Shown here one piece after another: positions 56,901-64,000 of a stretch of 64,000 bases of DNA; positions within the stretch are counted from its first letter, which is position 1; each line of letters begins with the position of its first letter. Made by a program: the position numbers and the translations under genes. The stretch spans positions 1 to 64,000 of the IMG/VR virus record IMGVR_UViG_3300023116_000031. One strand, given 5' to 3'. The notes beneath the pieces were generated by a model, which was not told the DNA's origin, made no database searches, and saw only the letters and a list, made by a program, of their open reading frames with translations. Source of the stretch: a virus.

Positions 56901-57179
56901 CAGTCAATCACAGGCGTCAAAGAACTTACATTTGAGATTGACCAAGCGTACTCAGGGGGGAGTCCGACAGGAATTAAGGTTGATGGGTTGCTTACCATGC
57001 TAATCGGCGGAAATCAACAGCTTGCAAGGGTGACTGGATTTATAAACACAACTGGTACCACGGTAATTACGAATGATGTCACAAATATTCGATTGTCATT
57101 TGGCACCCAGGCGCCAGGAAGTCCAGATCAAAGTGTAATCAGTTCGTTGTGGACATCGGAGACGTATCTTATTGACTAA
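53904..57179 (+). CDS. Signal-peptide-bearing tail-fibre/spike-like protein (1091 aa)
   Basis: Signal peptide MRWKKTLAALVAISISGLAYA, then TFTSGT.I.S.EVN.NF; fibre repeats G..L.W/Y.....W. Confidence 0.7.
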   Translation: MRWKKTLAALVAISISGLAYAGQLTPGTDTTTFTSGTNISSSEVNTNFNNIINDGVNDNATDINNLTNRVVVLEPQVITVASSNIVPITINSFHTITGNTEIKNFVVAANAAPEAGSKFTVKFQNNIVLAHDDSSVQAAGRLSLLGSADTEYLAGDIVEFISDGTILYEIPQAPRDFIFGNIDPDPNSIKSMHTMTTIASRDDGYIDNFRLESPYHARTTAITSRWAIDGEKVYCTAAGWPTTRTETGWNLNTAKPWKECPATNESGTISFPATLKTKTTALNLDHTNATASEAHALAIQLWSAGDTDPNGVHLNLWLGGGSQTGGDEGPNIMRLTVDDSTHTPSGYTVVPATVSGLDPATLVTLNVVNSGGGDAVMGETATKGVGEGRLIVFKPSGGYITSTGNTIQPPGTTSGGAPYAIDQTEPIPQDRLPYAQGSFPPLRGQSGGYGGHDGWWYITGADPTGWASVEVGWCVKDDLSDYTPAVAYVPLDGSLGYEDSAQWLYIRDVGTWDDNGTTRPRFRTEWFSQSRDYHYPSGTLWGGNYTFAPCAHVVNPIYSDTNPSQVTSIEVFKETSWSSSSGVVEFYVPSYGDMPFQGITLTFNSKLGSGNNGTGLELIQLLGNSGPGTVQPTRSGRYAMGTGLRMTTSGGAYNGEIQVINNSLKDGKYHPWDRGVECDLGACRIGIDYDYYDYHQTSGSTVISITPPDNPAKAFGGAQNCGNGGLDVPGGAPAGGGSWGTGDGLLEACWGNGYGTSNYMNVVDVEGHTELDLRLTRVGWGTGRGYFPVIGKSVSAVAPGAAKDGQAVVWDDTNQYHEYAPILDLTALETGIQSDYVIKWNGANWTAAPDAGGLGSTTVAGMSDTTIASPSAGEVLLYNDDTNTWKNEKSLVPRQTFAGSSGVTQPSTYATAVVYDVSLAPAETGFGRKHKVTFNNLYHNTNGNFQKIGIELSSDGGANWINSGLYYNFITQKANGLFTGSAGFGSNATQVYIQTEGSGQSITGVKELTFEIDQAYSGGSPTGIKVDGLLTMLIGGNQQLARVTGFINTTGTTVITNDVTNIRLSFGTQAPGSPDQSVISSLWTSETYLID

Positions 57180-57191
57180 ATGAGGGCAAGA

Positions 57192-57437
57192 ATGAAGTAT
57201 TCTCTATTTCTATTATTGATTATAACACTTACTACCGGATGCGCTTCTTGGTGGAAAACTGACGTTGTGGTATCCTACGAGCCTCCAAGGTGTGATATTA
57301 TCTGGGAGTCGGATGATCGCGCAGAATTAATTGCCTTTATGGACAGCGAGCTACCATCAGATAAGGTATTCGAGAAGATTGCCGAATATCGGCGGTATTG
57401 TAACGCTGTGAATGATTATATCAACGGAGCTGAGTAG
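57192..57437 (+). CDS. Lipoprotein, putative o-spanin
   Basis: MKYSLFLLLIITLTTG-C lipobox; PP.C; short. Confidence 0.5.
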   Translation: MKYSLFLLLIITLTTGCASWWKTDVVVSYEPPRCDIIWESDDRAELIAFMDSELPSDKVFEKIAEYRRYCNAVNDYINGAE

Positions 57438-57443
57438 AAACAC

Positions 57444-57472
57444 TTGACATATGTGCTTCGCGTGATTATACT
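57444..57472 (+). promoter_or_regulatory. Sigma70-type promoter giving a leaderless primase mRNA
   Basis: TTGACA-N17-TATACT; ATG after a 6-nt gap; no SD sequence. Confidence 0.75.
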
Positions 57473-57478
57473 TTCAGC

Positions 57479-58489
57479 ATGAAGTATATCGACGTAAAAT
57501 ATCTTCGGCTACTGTCCCCGCAGCTCAATCTATTTACCGATAAAGGCAATGATCTGTTCAACTTTCGTTGCCCTATCTGTGGTGACTCTGAACGGGATCG
57601 AACTCGTGCGCGGGGGTATGTTTTTCCTGCGGACAATCGCCTGATCTTCAAATGCCATAACTGCGGTGACAGTCGCGGTATTGGCAATCTTCTACGTTCG
57701 GTTGATCCTCGTCTTGCTGACGAATACCGAATGGAGATGTTCGAGGCGAAGTTCGGCAACAAGCCACAGAAGAAGTCTGTGGAGAAGCTGATCACTCCAG
57801 CCCCTCTCTTTCAATCAAACTCGCCATCAAAGGTGCTGCTTGCGCTCGATGGTGTAAAAAGACTTTCTGATCTTCCAAACGATCACGAAGCGTGTCAGTA
57901 TATGCGTTCGCGCAAGATTGACGATTTAAGTGGGCTTTTCTATTGTGACGATGATAACGTGCTGGAGAAGCTGTCTACTGCTTATATTGGAAGGATTAGA
58001 GGAGGGGTGTCAAGAATTTTGATTCCCTTCACAGATCGGACTGGAAACCTTGTCGGATTGACTGGGAGAGCCTTGTCCCCCGACGCATTGCGCTATCTAC
58101 ATATCAAGATTACCGAAGATCCCCTGATCTATGGGCTCGACAAGTGGGAGCCTACGGAGTATACATATGTTGTAGAAGGGCAGTTCGATTCGATGTTTCT
58201 TCCCAACGCCCTGGCTGTTGGTGGATCTGATCTCGCCAAGATGACCGAGATTGTTGATAAGCACAATACGGTATTTGTGTTTGACAACGAGCCTCGCAAT
58301 CGCGAGAATATAAAGAAACTAAGAAAGCTCGTAGCTGAGGGGTATTCTGTTTGTGTCTGGCCGAGCCAGATTGAGCAGAAAGATGTAAATGATATGGTGA
58401 TGGCTGGCATCGACGTGAAGAAGATCATTGATCTAAATACGGAACGTGGTCTGAGTGCGGAGCTGGCAATAAATGATTGGAGTAGATAA
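57479..58489 (+). CDS. gp61: DNA primase
   Basis: NFRCPICGDS...RGY...FKCHNCG; VEGQFDS; DNEPRN; KDVND. Confidence 0.95.
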   Translation: MKYIDVKYLRLLSPQLNLFTDKGNDLFNFRCPICGDSERDRTRARGYVFPADNRLIFKCHNCGDSRGIGNLLRSVDPRLADEYRMEMFEAKFGNKPQKKSVEKLITPAPLFQSNSPSKVLLALDGVKRLSDLPNDHEACQYMRSRKIDDLSGLFYCDDDNVLEKLSTAYIGRIRGGVSRILIPFTDRTGNLVGLTGRALSPDALRYLHIKITEDPLIYGLDKWEPTEYTYVVEGQFDSMFLPNALAVGGSDLAKMTEIVDKHNTVFVFDNEPRNRENIKKLRKLVAEGYSVCVWPSQIEQKDVNDMVMAGIDVKKIIDLNTERGLSAELAINDWSR

Positions 58490-59121
58490 TGAGAGCTGAG
58501 TATGTGGATCACATGGGATCTGATCTAACCGTTGTAAATGCTGCCCGGGTTTCGTTCGATAAACACGCTACGGAGTTCTCTGCCAGAGACGAAAAGCTCA
58601 TCAAATACTTAGCTTCGCATAATCACTTCACTCCCTTCACGCACCCGCAAATCACCGTGCGTGAGACTGTGCCGATCTTCGTTGCGCGTCAGCGTTTCAA
58701 GCACACGGTTGGATTCACCTACAACGAGGTGTCTCGGAGATACGTTTCCGATGATCCTGAGTTCTTCATTCCCGAGGAGTGGCGAGCTTCTGCTGAAAAT
58801 GTCAAGCAGGGATCATCAAGTGATGCCGTAGAGGAGCCGTGGTTGACTGAAGCTGTTGAAGCACATCACGAAATGTCATTATCCCTATATAAGAAACTCA
58901 TGGAATCGGGAGTCTGTAATGAGCAAGCTCGTATGGTTCTTCCACAGTCCATGTATACCTCATATTATGTGACAGGATCATTATCTGCGTGGGCTCGCGC
59001 ATATATACTCCGCGCTGAAAAAACAGCACAGAAAGAAATCCAAGAGCTTGCTCATATATGGGCGAGCATTCTTGTCCCCCTATTCCCAGCAAGCTGGGCT
59101 GCCCTTACGGAAGGAAAGTAA
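58489..59121 (+). CDS. thyX: Flavin-dependent thymidylate synthase
   Basis: VVNAARVSF, PIFVARQ..KH, NEVSRRY, EQARMVLPQ, AQKEI. Confidence 0.93.
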   Translation: MRAEYVDHMGSDLTVVNAARVSFDKHATEFSARDEKLIKYLASHNHFTPFTHPQITVRETVPIFVARQRFKHTVGFTYNEVSRRYVSDDPEFFIPEEWRASAENVKQGSSSDAVEEPWLTEAVEAHHEMSLSLYKKLMESGVCNEQARMVLPQSMYTSYYVTGSLSAWARAYILRAEKTAQKEIQELAHIWASILVPLFPASWAALTEGK

Positions 59122-61032
59122 ATGTCAGTCGATCTACCTACGCTCTACCAGTCTTACATTCACCTTTCACGATACTCTCGATGGCTCCCCGAAAAGAACC
59201 GTCGTGAAACTTGGGAGGAAACGGTAAAGCGTTATTTCGACTTCTTTGAATGGCATCTAGCTGAGAATACCACAGGAAAACTATCAGCGCAGACACGCAA
59301 TGAGCTAGAACAAGCTGTATTGAATCTTGAGGTGATGCCTTCTATGCGTTGTCTGATGACAGCAGGTGACGCATTGGCTCGTGAAAATATCGCAGGTTAT
59401 AACTGCTCGTATGTGGCTATCGACAATCTTCGTGCGTTCGACGAAGTGTTGTATATTCTGATGAACGGCACAGGTGTTGGCTTCTCGGTTGAGGAGCATT
59501 ATGTTCAACAGTTAGGTATTGTGAATGATGAGTTCAATCAAACCGATACCGTTATTGTTGTTCCCGATTCCAAGTTAGGATGGGCAAAGGCTCTTCGCGA
59601 GCTTCTTGCCATGCTCTATGCTGGGCAAGTTCCTCGATGGGATCTGTCTCGCCTGCGACCCGCTGGCGCGCCATTGAAGACATTTGGCGGCCGCGCATCT
59701 GGACCCGAGCCACTGGACACGCTTTTTAGGTTTTGCGTGAACACGCTAAAAGGTGCGGCTGGTCGCAGGTTAACTTCGCTCGAATGTCACGACATTGTTT
59801 GTAAGATCGCAGAGTCGATCGTTGTCGGTGGTGTTCGTCGGTCTGCCTTGATCTCTCTGTCTAATCTTTCTGATGAAAGAATGCGACATGCAAAGACTGG
59901 GCAGTGGTGGGATACAGAAGGGCAGCGAGCGTTGGCTAACAACTCTGCTGTATATAATGAGAAGCCTGAGATGGGTATCTTCATGCAGGAGTGGTTGTCT
60001 CTCTACGAATCAAAGTCGGGAGAACGTGGTATATTCTCGCGTGCTGCTTCTATCAAGCAATCATTGAAGAATGGTAGACGAGATGCTGAGTGGGAGTTTG
60101 GAACAAATCCTTGCTCCGAAATTATTCTTCGCCCTCGCGAGTTCTGTAATCTGAGTGAAGTTGTGGTTCGCGCAGATGATACTGAAGAGTCGCTGAAGCG
60201 AAAGGTTCGTCTTGCTACCATTCTCGGAACAATGCAATCAACGCTGACCAACTTCCGCTTCATTAGTGCAGCATGGAAGAAGAACTGCGAAGAGGAACGA
60301 TTGCTTGGTGTCTCGATGACAGGCATCATGGATTGCAATCTTACTAACGGTAAGAAGGTTGGATTGGCGAATCGCCTTGAAGAGCTTCGCAATGAAGCAA
60401 TCAAAACAAATGAAGAGTGGGCAAAGAACTTCGGTGTCAACCAGTCTGCTGCGATTACTTGCGTCAAGCCTTCGGGAACCGTATCGCAGCTCGTGGATGC
60501 AGCGAGTGGTATTCATGCACGTCACAGCGAATACTATATTCGTACCATTCGAGCAGATAAGAAAGATCCGCTTGCGCGTATGATGGTAGAGAAAGGATTT
60601 CCGGTTGAGGATGATGTGATGCAGCCGGACCATAACTATGTTTTCTCGTTTCCCATCAAGTGCCCGAAGAACGCAATCTTTCGAGAGGATCTGACTGCTA
60701 TCGAGCAGCTTGAGTTGTGGCTGACATATCAACGACATTGGTGCGAACACAAGCCTTCTGTTACGATCTCCGTCAAAGAACACGAATGGTTTGAAGTTGG
60801 AGCGTGGGTATACAAGCACTTTGATGAGATGAGTGGTGTATCATTCCTGCCATTCGTTGGGCACATTTATCAACAGGCTCCGTATCAAGATTGCGATAAG
60901 GAACAATATGAAAAAGTTTTGAAGCAGATGCCACAGAATGTAGACTGGGCCGATCTCGCCGAGTATGAAGTATCTGATCAAACCACAGGCAGCCAAGAGC
61001 TTGCGTGTGCAGCGGGAGGATGCGAAATATAA
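59122..61032 (+). CDS. nrdJ: Class II (B12-dependent) ribonucleotide reductase
   Basis: YNC, GTGVGFS, GGVRRSA, TNPCSEI, FCNL, TCVKPSGT, C-terminal ACAAGGCEI; no adjacent nrdB. Confidence 0.9.
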   Translation: MSVDLPTLYQSYIHLSRYSRWLPEKNRRETWEETVKRYFDFFEWHLAENTTGKLSAQTRNELEQAVLNLEVMPSMRCLMTAGDALARENIAGYNCSYVAIDNLRAFDEVLYILMNGTGVGFSVEEHYVQQLGIVNDEFNQTDTVIVVPDSKLGWAKALRELLAMLYAGQVPRWDLSRLRPAGAPLKTFGGRASGPEPLDTLFRFCVNTLKGAAGRRLTSLECHDIVCKIAESIVVGGVRRSALISLSNLSDERMRHAKTGQWWDTEGQRALANNSAVYNEKPEMGIFMQEWLSLYESKSGERGIFSRAASIKQSLKNGRRDAEWEFGTNPCSEIILRPREFCNLSEVVVRADDTEESLKRKVRLATILGTMQSTLTNFRFISAAWKKNCEEERLLGVSMTGIMDCNLTNGKKVGLANRLEELRNEAIKTNEEWAKNFGVNQSAAITCVKPSGTVSQLVDAASGIHARHSEYYIRTIRADKKDPLARMMVEKGFPVEDDVMQPDHNYVFSFPIKCPKNAIFREDLTAIEQLELWLTYQRHWCEHKPSVTISVKEHEWFEVGAWVYKHFDEMSGVSFLPFVGHIYQQAPYQDCDKEQYEKVLKQMPQNVDWADLAEYEVSDQTTGSQELACAAGGCEI

Positions 61033-61178
61033 TGGATGAATTGGATATTGACTGGGATGACATTGACCCAAGAATATGTCGAGCGTGCGAAGCGGAATTC
61101 ATCGTTATTTTAGCCGATGATCTTTTGGAAGCGGATCATGCGTTTTGCCCGTTCTGCTCAGAGCCAATGATGGATTAG
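61032..61178 (+). CDS. 48-aa zinc-ribbon protein (not in the ORF track)
   Basis: Hand translation shows CRAC...FCPFC. Confidence 0.6.
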   Translation: MDELDIDWDDIDPRICRACEAEFIVILADDLLEADHAFCPFCSEPMMD

Positions 61179-61181
61179 CCA

Positions 61182-61763
61182 ATGTTAGTTGTAGGCATTG
61201 ACTATTCTCTGACATCTCCTGCGATCTGTCTATATAATACAGACCATGAGTTCAAGTTTAGTAATACAAAGTGTCATTTTCTCGCAAGTAAGAAAATGCA
61301 CGAAGCCTACGACGATGGCGTAATCATATCTGAAAACTACCCGAAACTCTGGACAACGGATGAGGGGAGATATAGTTCGATCGCATATTGGGCAGAACAG
61401 GTGATATTCAATGCGTTGGGTCTATCTTCAAACAATGAAATTTCTATCTTCATTGAAGGTTATGCTTTCGGTGCTTCTGGTAAAGTATTCCACATTGCTG
61501 AGAACACTGCCATACTGAAACATAAGCTATATAATGCTGGAGTCAGTTATGAAACTGTTGCTCCAACTGCGGTGAAGAAATTTGCAACAGGTAAAGGCAA
61601 TGCCAATAAAGAGGCAATGTATGAAGCATTTGTTGAAGAGACAGGAGAGGACTTGATGATGAAGCTATCCCCAAAAGCAGATAAAGTAAACTCTCCGGTA
61701 TCTGACATTGTGGATGCTTACTATATCTGTAAGTATGGAGTAGCATCCCTTCGGGATGCGTAG
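61182..61763 (+). CDS. RuvC-like Holliday junction resolvase
   Basis: VGIDYS, FIEGY, VKKFATGKGNANK, DIVDAY. Confidence 0.8.
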   Translation: MLVVGIDYSLTSPAICLYNTDHEFKFSNTKCHFLASKKMHEAYDDGVIISENYPKLWTTDEGRYSSIAYWAEQVIFNALGLSSNNEISIFIEGYAFGASGKVFHIAENTAILKHKLYNAGVSYETVAPTAVKKFATGKGNANKEAMYEAFVEETGEDLMMKLSPKADKVNSPVSDIVDAYYICKYGVASLRDA

Positions 61764-61909
61764 CGTAGCTACTACCTTATTACTATATCTACTTTGGTTT
61801 CGGCCGACTACATCTCTATATATAAGACAAAGACACAAAAAACACTTGCCAATTTCATAGGCAATCAAAATGGCAAGCATACCATTTTTGACTTATTTCA
61901 AAATGATTG

Positions 61910-61937
61910 TTGACATGCTCCGATTGGGAGCTATAAT
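61910..61937 (+). promoter_or_regulatory. Sigma70-type promoter, leaderless
   Basis: TTGACA-N16-TATAAT; in-frame ATG at 61945. Confidence 0.7.
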
Positions 61938-61944
61938 ATGGAAC

Positions 61945-62220
61945 ATGATGAAGAACAGAAATTTCAAATGCGTTATTGAATGGCAGCTCAACTCAGCCGA
62001 AGGTGAGCTTGAACAGGCAAATCAAAGTCTTTTTTGGGCAGAAGAAAATGCTGAAAAGAGAAAGGTAGAAAAGGCTGATGACGTGAATGTCATCGCTGGT
62101 ATCAATCGTGTGAACTCAGCACAAGTTCGCCTTCAGCGAGCAAAAGAGTTAATGGCGGAGCATAAATGTGAAACGCACGCCATTTGCGCCATTTTGAATA
62201 AAAGTAAAAATGGTAGTTAG
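61945..62220 (+). CDS. Hypothetical helical protein
   Basis: Start reassigned downstream of the promoter. Confidence 0.5.
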   Translation: MMKNRNFKCVIEWQLNSAEGELEQANQSLFWAEENAEKRKVEKADDVNVIAGINRVNSAQVRLQRAKELMAEHKCETHAICAILNKSKNGS

Positions 62221-62325
62221 TTTTTCTGTGTAGTTTGACTACATAGTAATAAGAACAGAGCGGACGGTGCGACGGCGCCCCTTTGTTCTTTATGTAAATC
62301 TGTCGTATTTGAAAGGTAATATACT

Positions 62326-62547
62326 ATGGCATTTCGTTCTACTTCTACCAACCGCAAGGTCGTTGACTATCTCGCTTCGGGGAAGACCCTGACCGCTGCA
62401 CAGGCAAAGGCGCGCTTCGGCGTCGCCAACCTCCGCGCAACGATCTCCGACATTCGATCGGTTGTCGAGGCTTACGGCAATCACGAGATTTTCTCGGAGA
62501 CGACCGCTACGGGCAAGACTGCCTATGGAATGCGATCGTTCAACTAA
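62326..62547 (+). CDS. Small winged-HTH DNA-binding protein
   Basis: YL.SGKTLT.AQA..RFGV.NLRA.ISDIR; strongly biased codons. Confidence 0.7.
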   Translation: MAFRSTSTNRKVVDYLASGKTLTAAQAKARFGVANLRATISDIRSVVEAYGNHEIFSETTATGKTAYGMRSFN

Positions 62548-62658
62548 TCCTAGTTGATAATGCTATATTAGAAACTTCGGAGCGTCCATCCGAGTCGGGT
62601 CTAATATAGTTTCGAGTCAGGGGGCTGCGGTCTGATCAGCCGTGGTCCCCTGACTCAT

Positions 62659-63645
62659 ATGGAGGGCACGATGAGCTTTGAGCTTAGTATCAAGAATGAC
62701 CAAGAAGACAAGACACTTGTTCACCCCAACTCGAATGGCGGAACCGAGCAGCTTTATCGTGAGCTGAAAGCGCGCATCGACCCTGACCTCTTTGATAAGT
62801 TTAACATCATTCCTTCGCGCGTTCGCGAAGATATGTTTGATGATCGCCCTACTATTCTCTGGCTTCACGATCTCCCTGAAGATCCAGAGTCAGCCATGCT
62901 GGCTAATGCAGAATACCGAAAGAAGTTCGACAAGATCGTCTTCGTTTCTAACTGGCAGCGCGACGCATACAACCGAGTGCTTGGCGTTCCGCTTGATGAA
63001 GGTGTTGTCATCAAGAACGCGATTGAGCCTATCATGGATGAGCGCGATGCTCCTAATCCCGATGAGCCTATTCGTCTAACATACTTCTCCACTCCTCATC
63101 GTGGTCTTTCCTTGCTATATCCTGCGCTCCATGTGCTGCGGCAGCATCGTCAGGACTTTACCGTTGACATCTATTCTTCATTCGAGCTTTACGGATGGAA
63201 GGATAATGATGCTGCGTTTCAGGAGTTGTTTGATAAGCTGAGTGGCATTGACGGTGTGAAGCTCCACGGGACCGTGATGAACGCAAAGCTCCGTAATGAG
63301 CTTATCCATACCGACATTCTCGCATATCCCTCCATCTATCAAGAGACGAGCTGTCGCGTTCTGATCGAGTCGATGTGTGCTGGTTTGCTTCCGGTCATTC
63401 CTAACTACGCTGCACTTACTGAGACAGCTTGCGATTTCGCATTCATGTATGAGTGGAGTTCCGATCCGCAGAAGCATGTTGAGACGTTTACGAACACGTT
63501 GAACCACGCGATGGATTGTTTTCGTCTGCCATTTTATCAGAATGTCTTGAAAATGCAGAGAAGCTACTATCAGTATTTCTATGGTTGGGATCTTCGTGCT
63601 GCACAATGGACCGCAATGCTCACAAAGATGTTGGAGAATAAGTAG
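62659..63645 (+). CDS. GT-B (GT4-like) glycosyltransferase
   Basis: GGTE, LWLHD, FVSNWQ, NAI, STPHRGL, YPS...ETSC..LIE. Confidence 0.85.
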   Translation: MEGTMSFELSIKNDQEDKTLVHPNSNGGTEQLYRELKARIDPDLFDKFNIIPSRVREDMFDDRPTILWLHDLPEDPESAMLANAEYRKKFDKIVFVSNWQRDAYNRVLGVPLDEGVVIKNAIEPIMDERDAPNPDEPIRLTYFSTPHRGLSLLYPALHVLRQHRQDFTVDIYSSFELYGWKDNDAAFQELFDKLSGIDGVKLHGTVMNAKLRNELIHTDILAYPSIYQETSCRVLIESMCAGLLPVIPNYAALTETACDFAFMYEWSSDPQKHVETFTNTLNHAMDCFRLPFYQNVLKMQRSYYQYFYGWDLRAAQWTAMLTKMLENK

Positions 63646-64000
63646 TGGCTCATAAGAAAACTTCACTTGAGTTGTTATCAACTACCCCCATCATCTCTGG
63701 AATGGTAAATGCAGAACAAGTTGAATTGATTTTGGATCTTCTGGAAGAGGTTTTGGAATCTGGTATTGATGGTGATGTGGTCGAGTTGGGTTGTAATACC
63801 GGAACCACTTCTATCTTCATCAGAAAAATGCTAGATTTGTGGGAGTCTGATAAGGTGTATCACGTCTATGATTCATTTGAAGGATTGCCGGAGAAAAGTA
63901 AGCAAGATACTGGTGGTGGAAATGCTGGAGAATGTAGAACAACTCGTGAAACATTTGAAGGTGTGTTTTCTCATTTCAATTTACATCTTCCTGTTGTTAA
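63645..64000 (+). CDS. TylF/MycF/NovP-like O-methyltransferase, 3'-truncated
   Basis: Hand translation: GIDGDVVELGCNTG.TS...YHVYDSFEGLPE. Confidence 0.75.
   Translation, partial: MAHKKTSLELLSTTPIISGMVNAEQVELILDLLEEVLESGIDGDVVELGCNTGTTSIFIRKMLDLWESDKVYHVYDSFEGLPEKSKQDTGGGNAGECRTTRETFEGVFSHFNLHLPVV

Noticed and set aside
37669-61032. Introns or inteins in gp43, gp41, uvsX, thyX or nrdJ
   Set aside because: All are uninterrupted and of normal length.
62541-62657. tRNA gene
   Set aside because: No cloverleaf or T-loop GTTCRA consensus could be fitted. I recognised no tRNA anywhere in the window by eye.
1-64000. Stop-codon reassignment
   Set aside because: Core genes translate full-length in the standard code, and TAA, TAG and TGA all serve as stops.

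Overview
This window is a 64-kb segment of a large lytic T4-like (myovirus-type) dsDNA phage genome. It holds the T4 core replication genes (gp45, gp44, gp62, regA, gp43, uvsX, gp41, gp61) and nucleotide-metabolism genes (dUTPase, ThyX, class II RNR, glutaredoxin). It also has PhoH, a CobS/MoxR-type ATPase, an amidase endolysin, glycosyl- and methyltransferases, a RuvC-like resolvase and T4-type late promoters (NTAAATA). A GC-richer early region (about 17.5-28.3 kb) carries small genes and several families of repeated cis-elements. Four things stand out. (1) Six ORFs, including two giant fibre-like proteins and a tandem pair with constant N-termini and variable C-termini, carry Sec-type signal peptides or anchors, suggesting exported, probably disulfide-bonded virion appendages or adhesins. 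(2) There is an intact proteasomal ATPase (ARC/Mpa) ending in GQYL. (3) About ten proteins carry T4 internal-protein-like capsid-targeting or cleavage sequences, including PD-(D/E)xK-like nucleases. (4) The early region contains 28-bp inverted repeats, a 39-bp stem-loop promoter repeat, operator-like palindromes and small SutA-, TraR- and ArfA-like proteins. All family calls come from motif recognition by eye; no database search was run.
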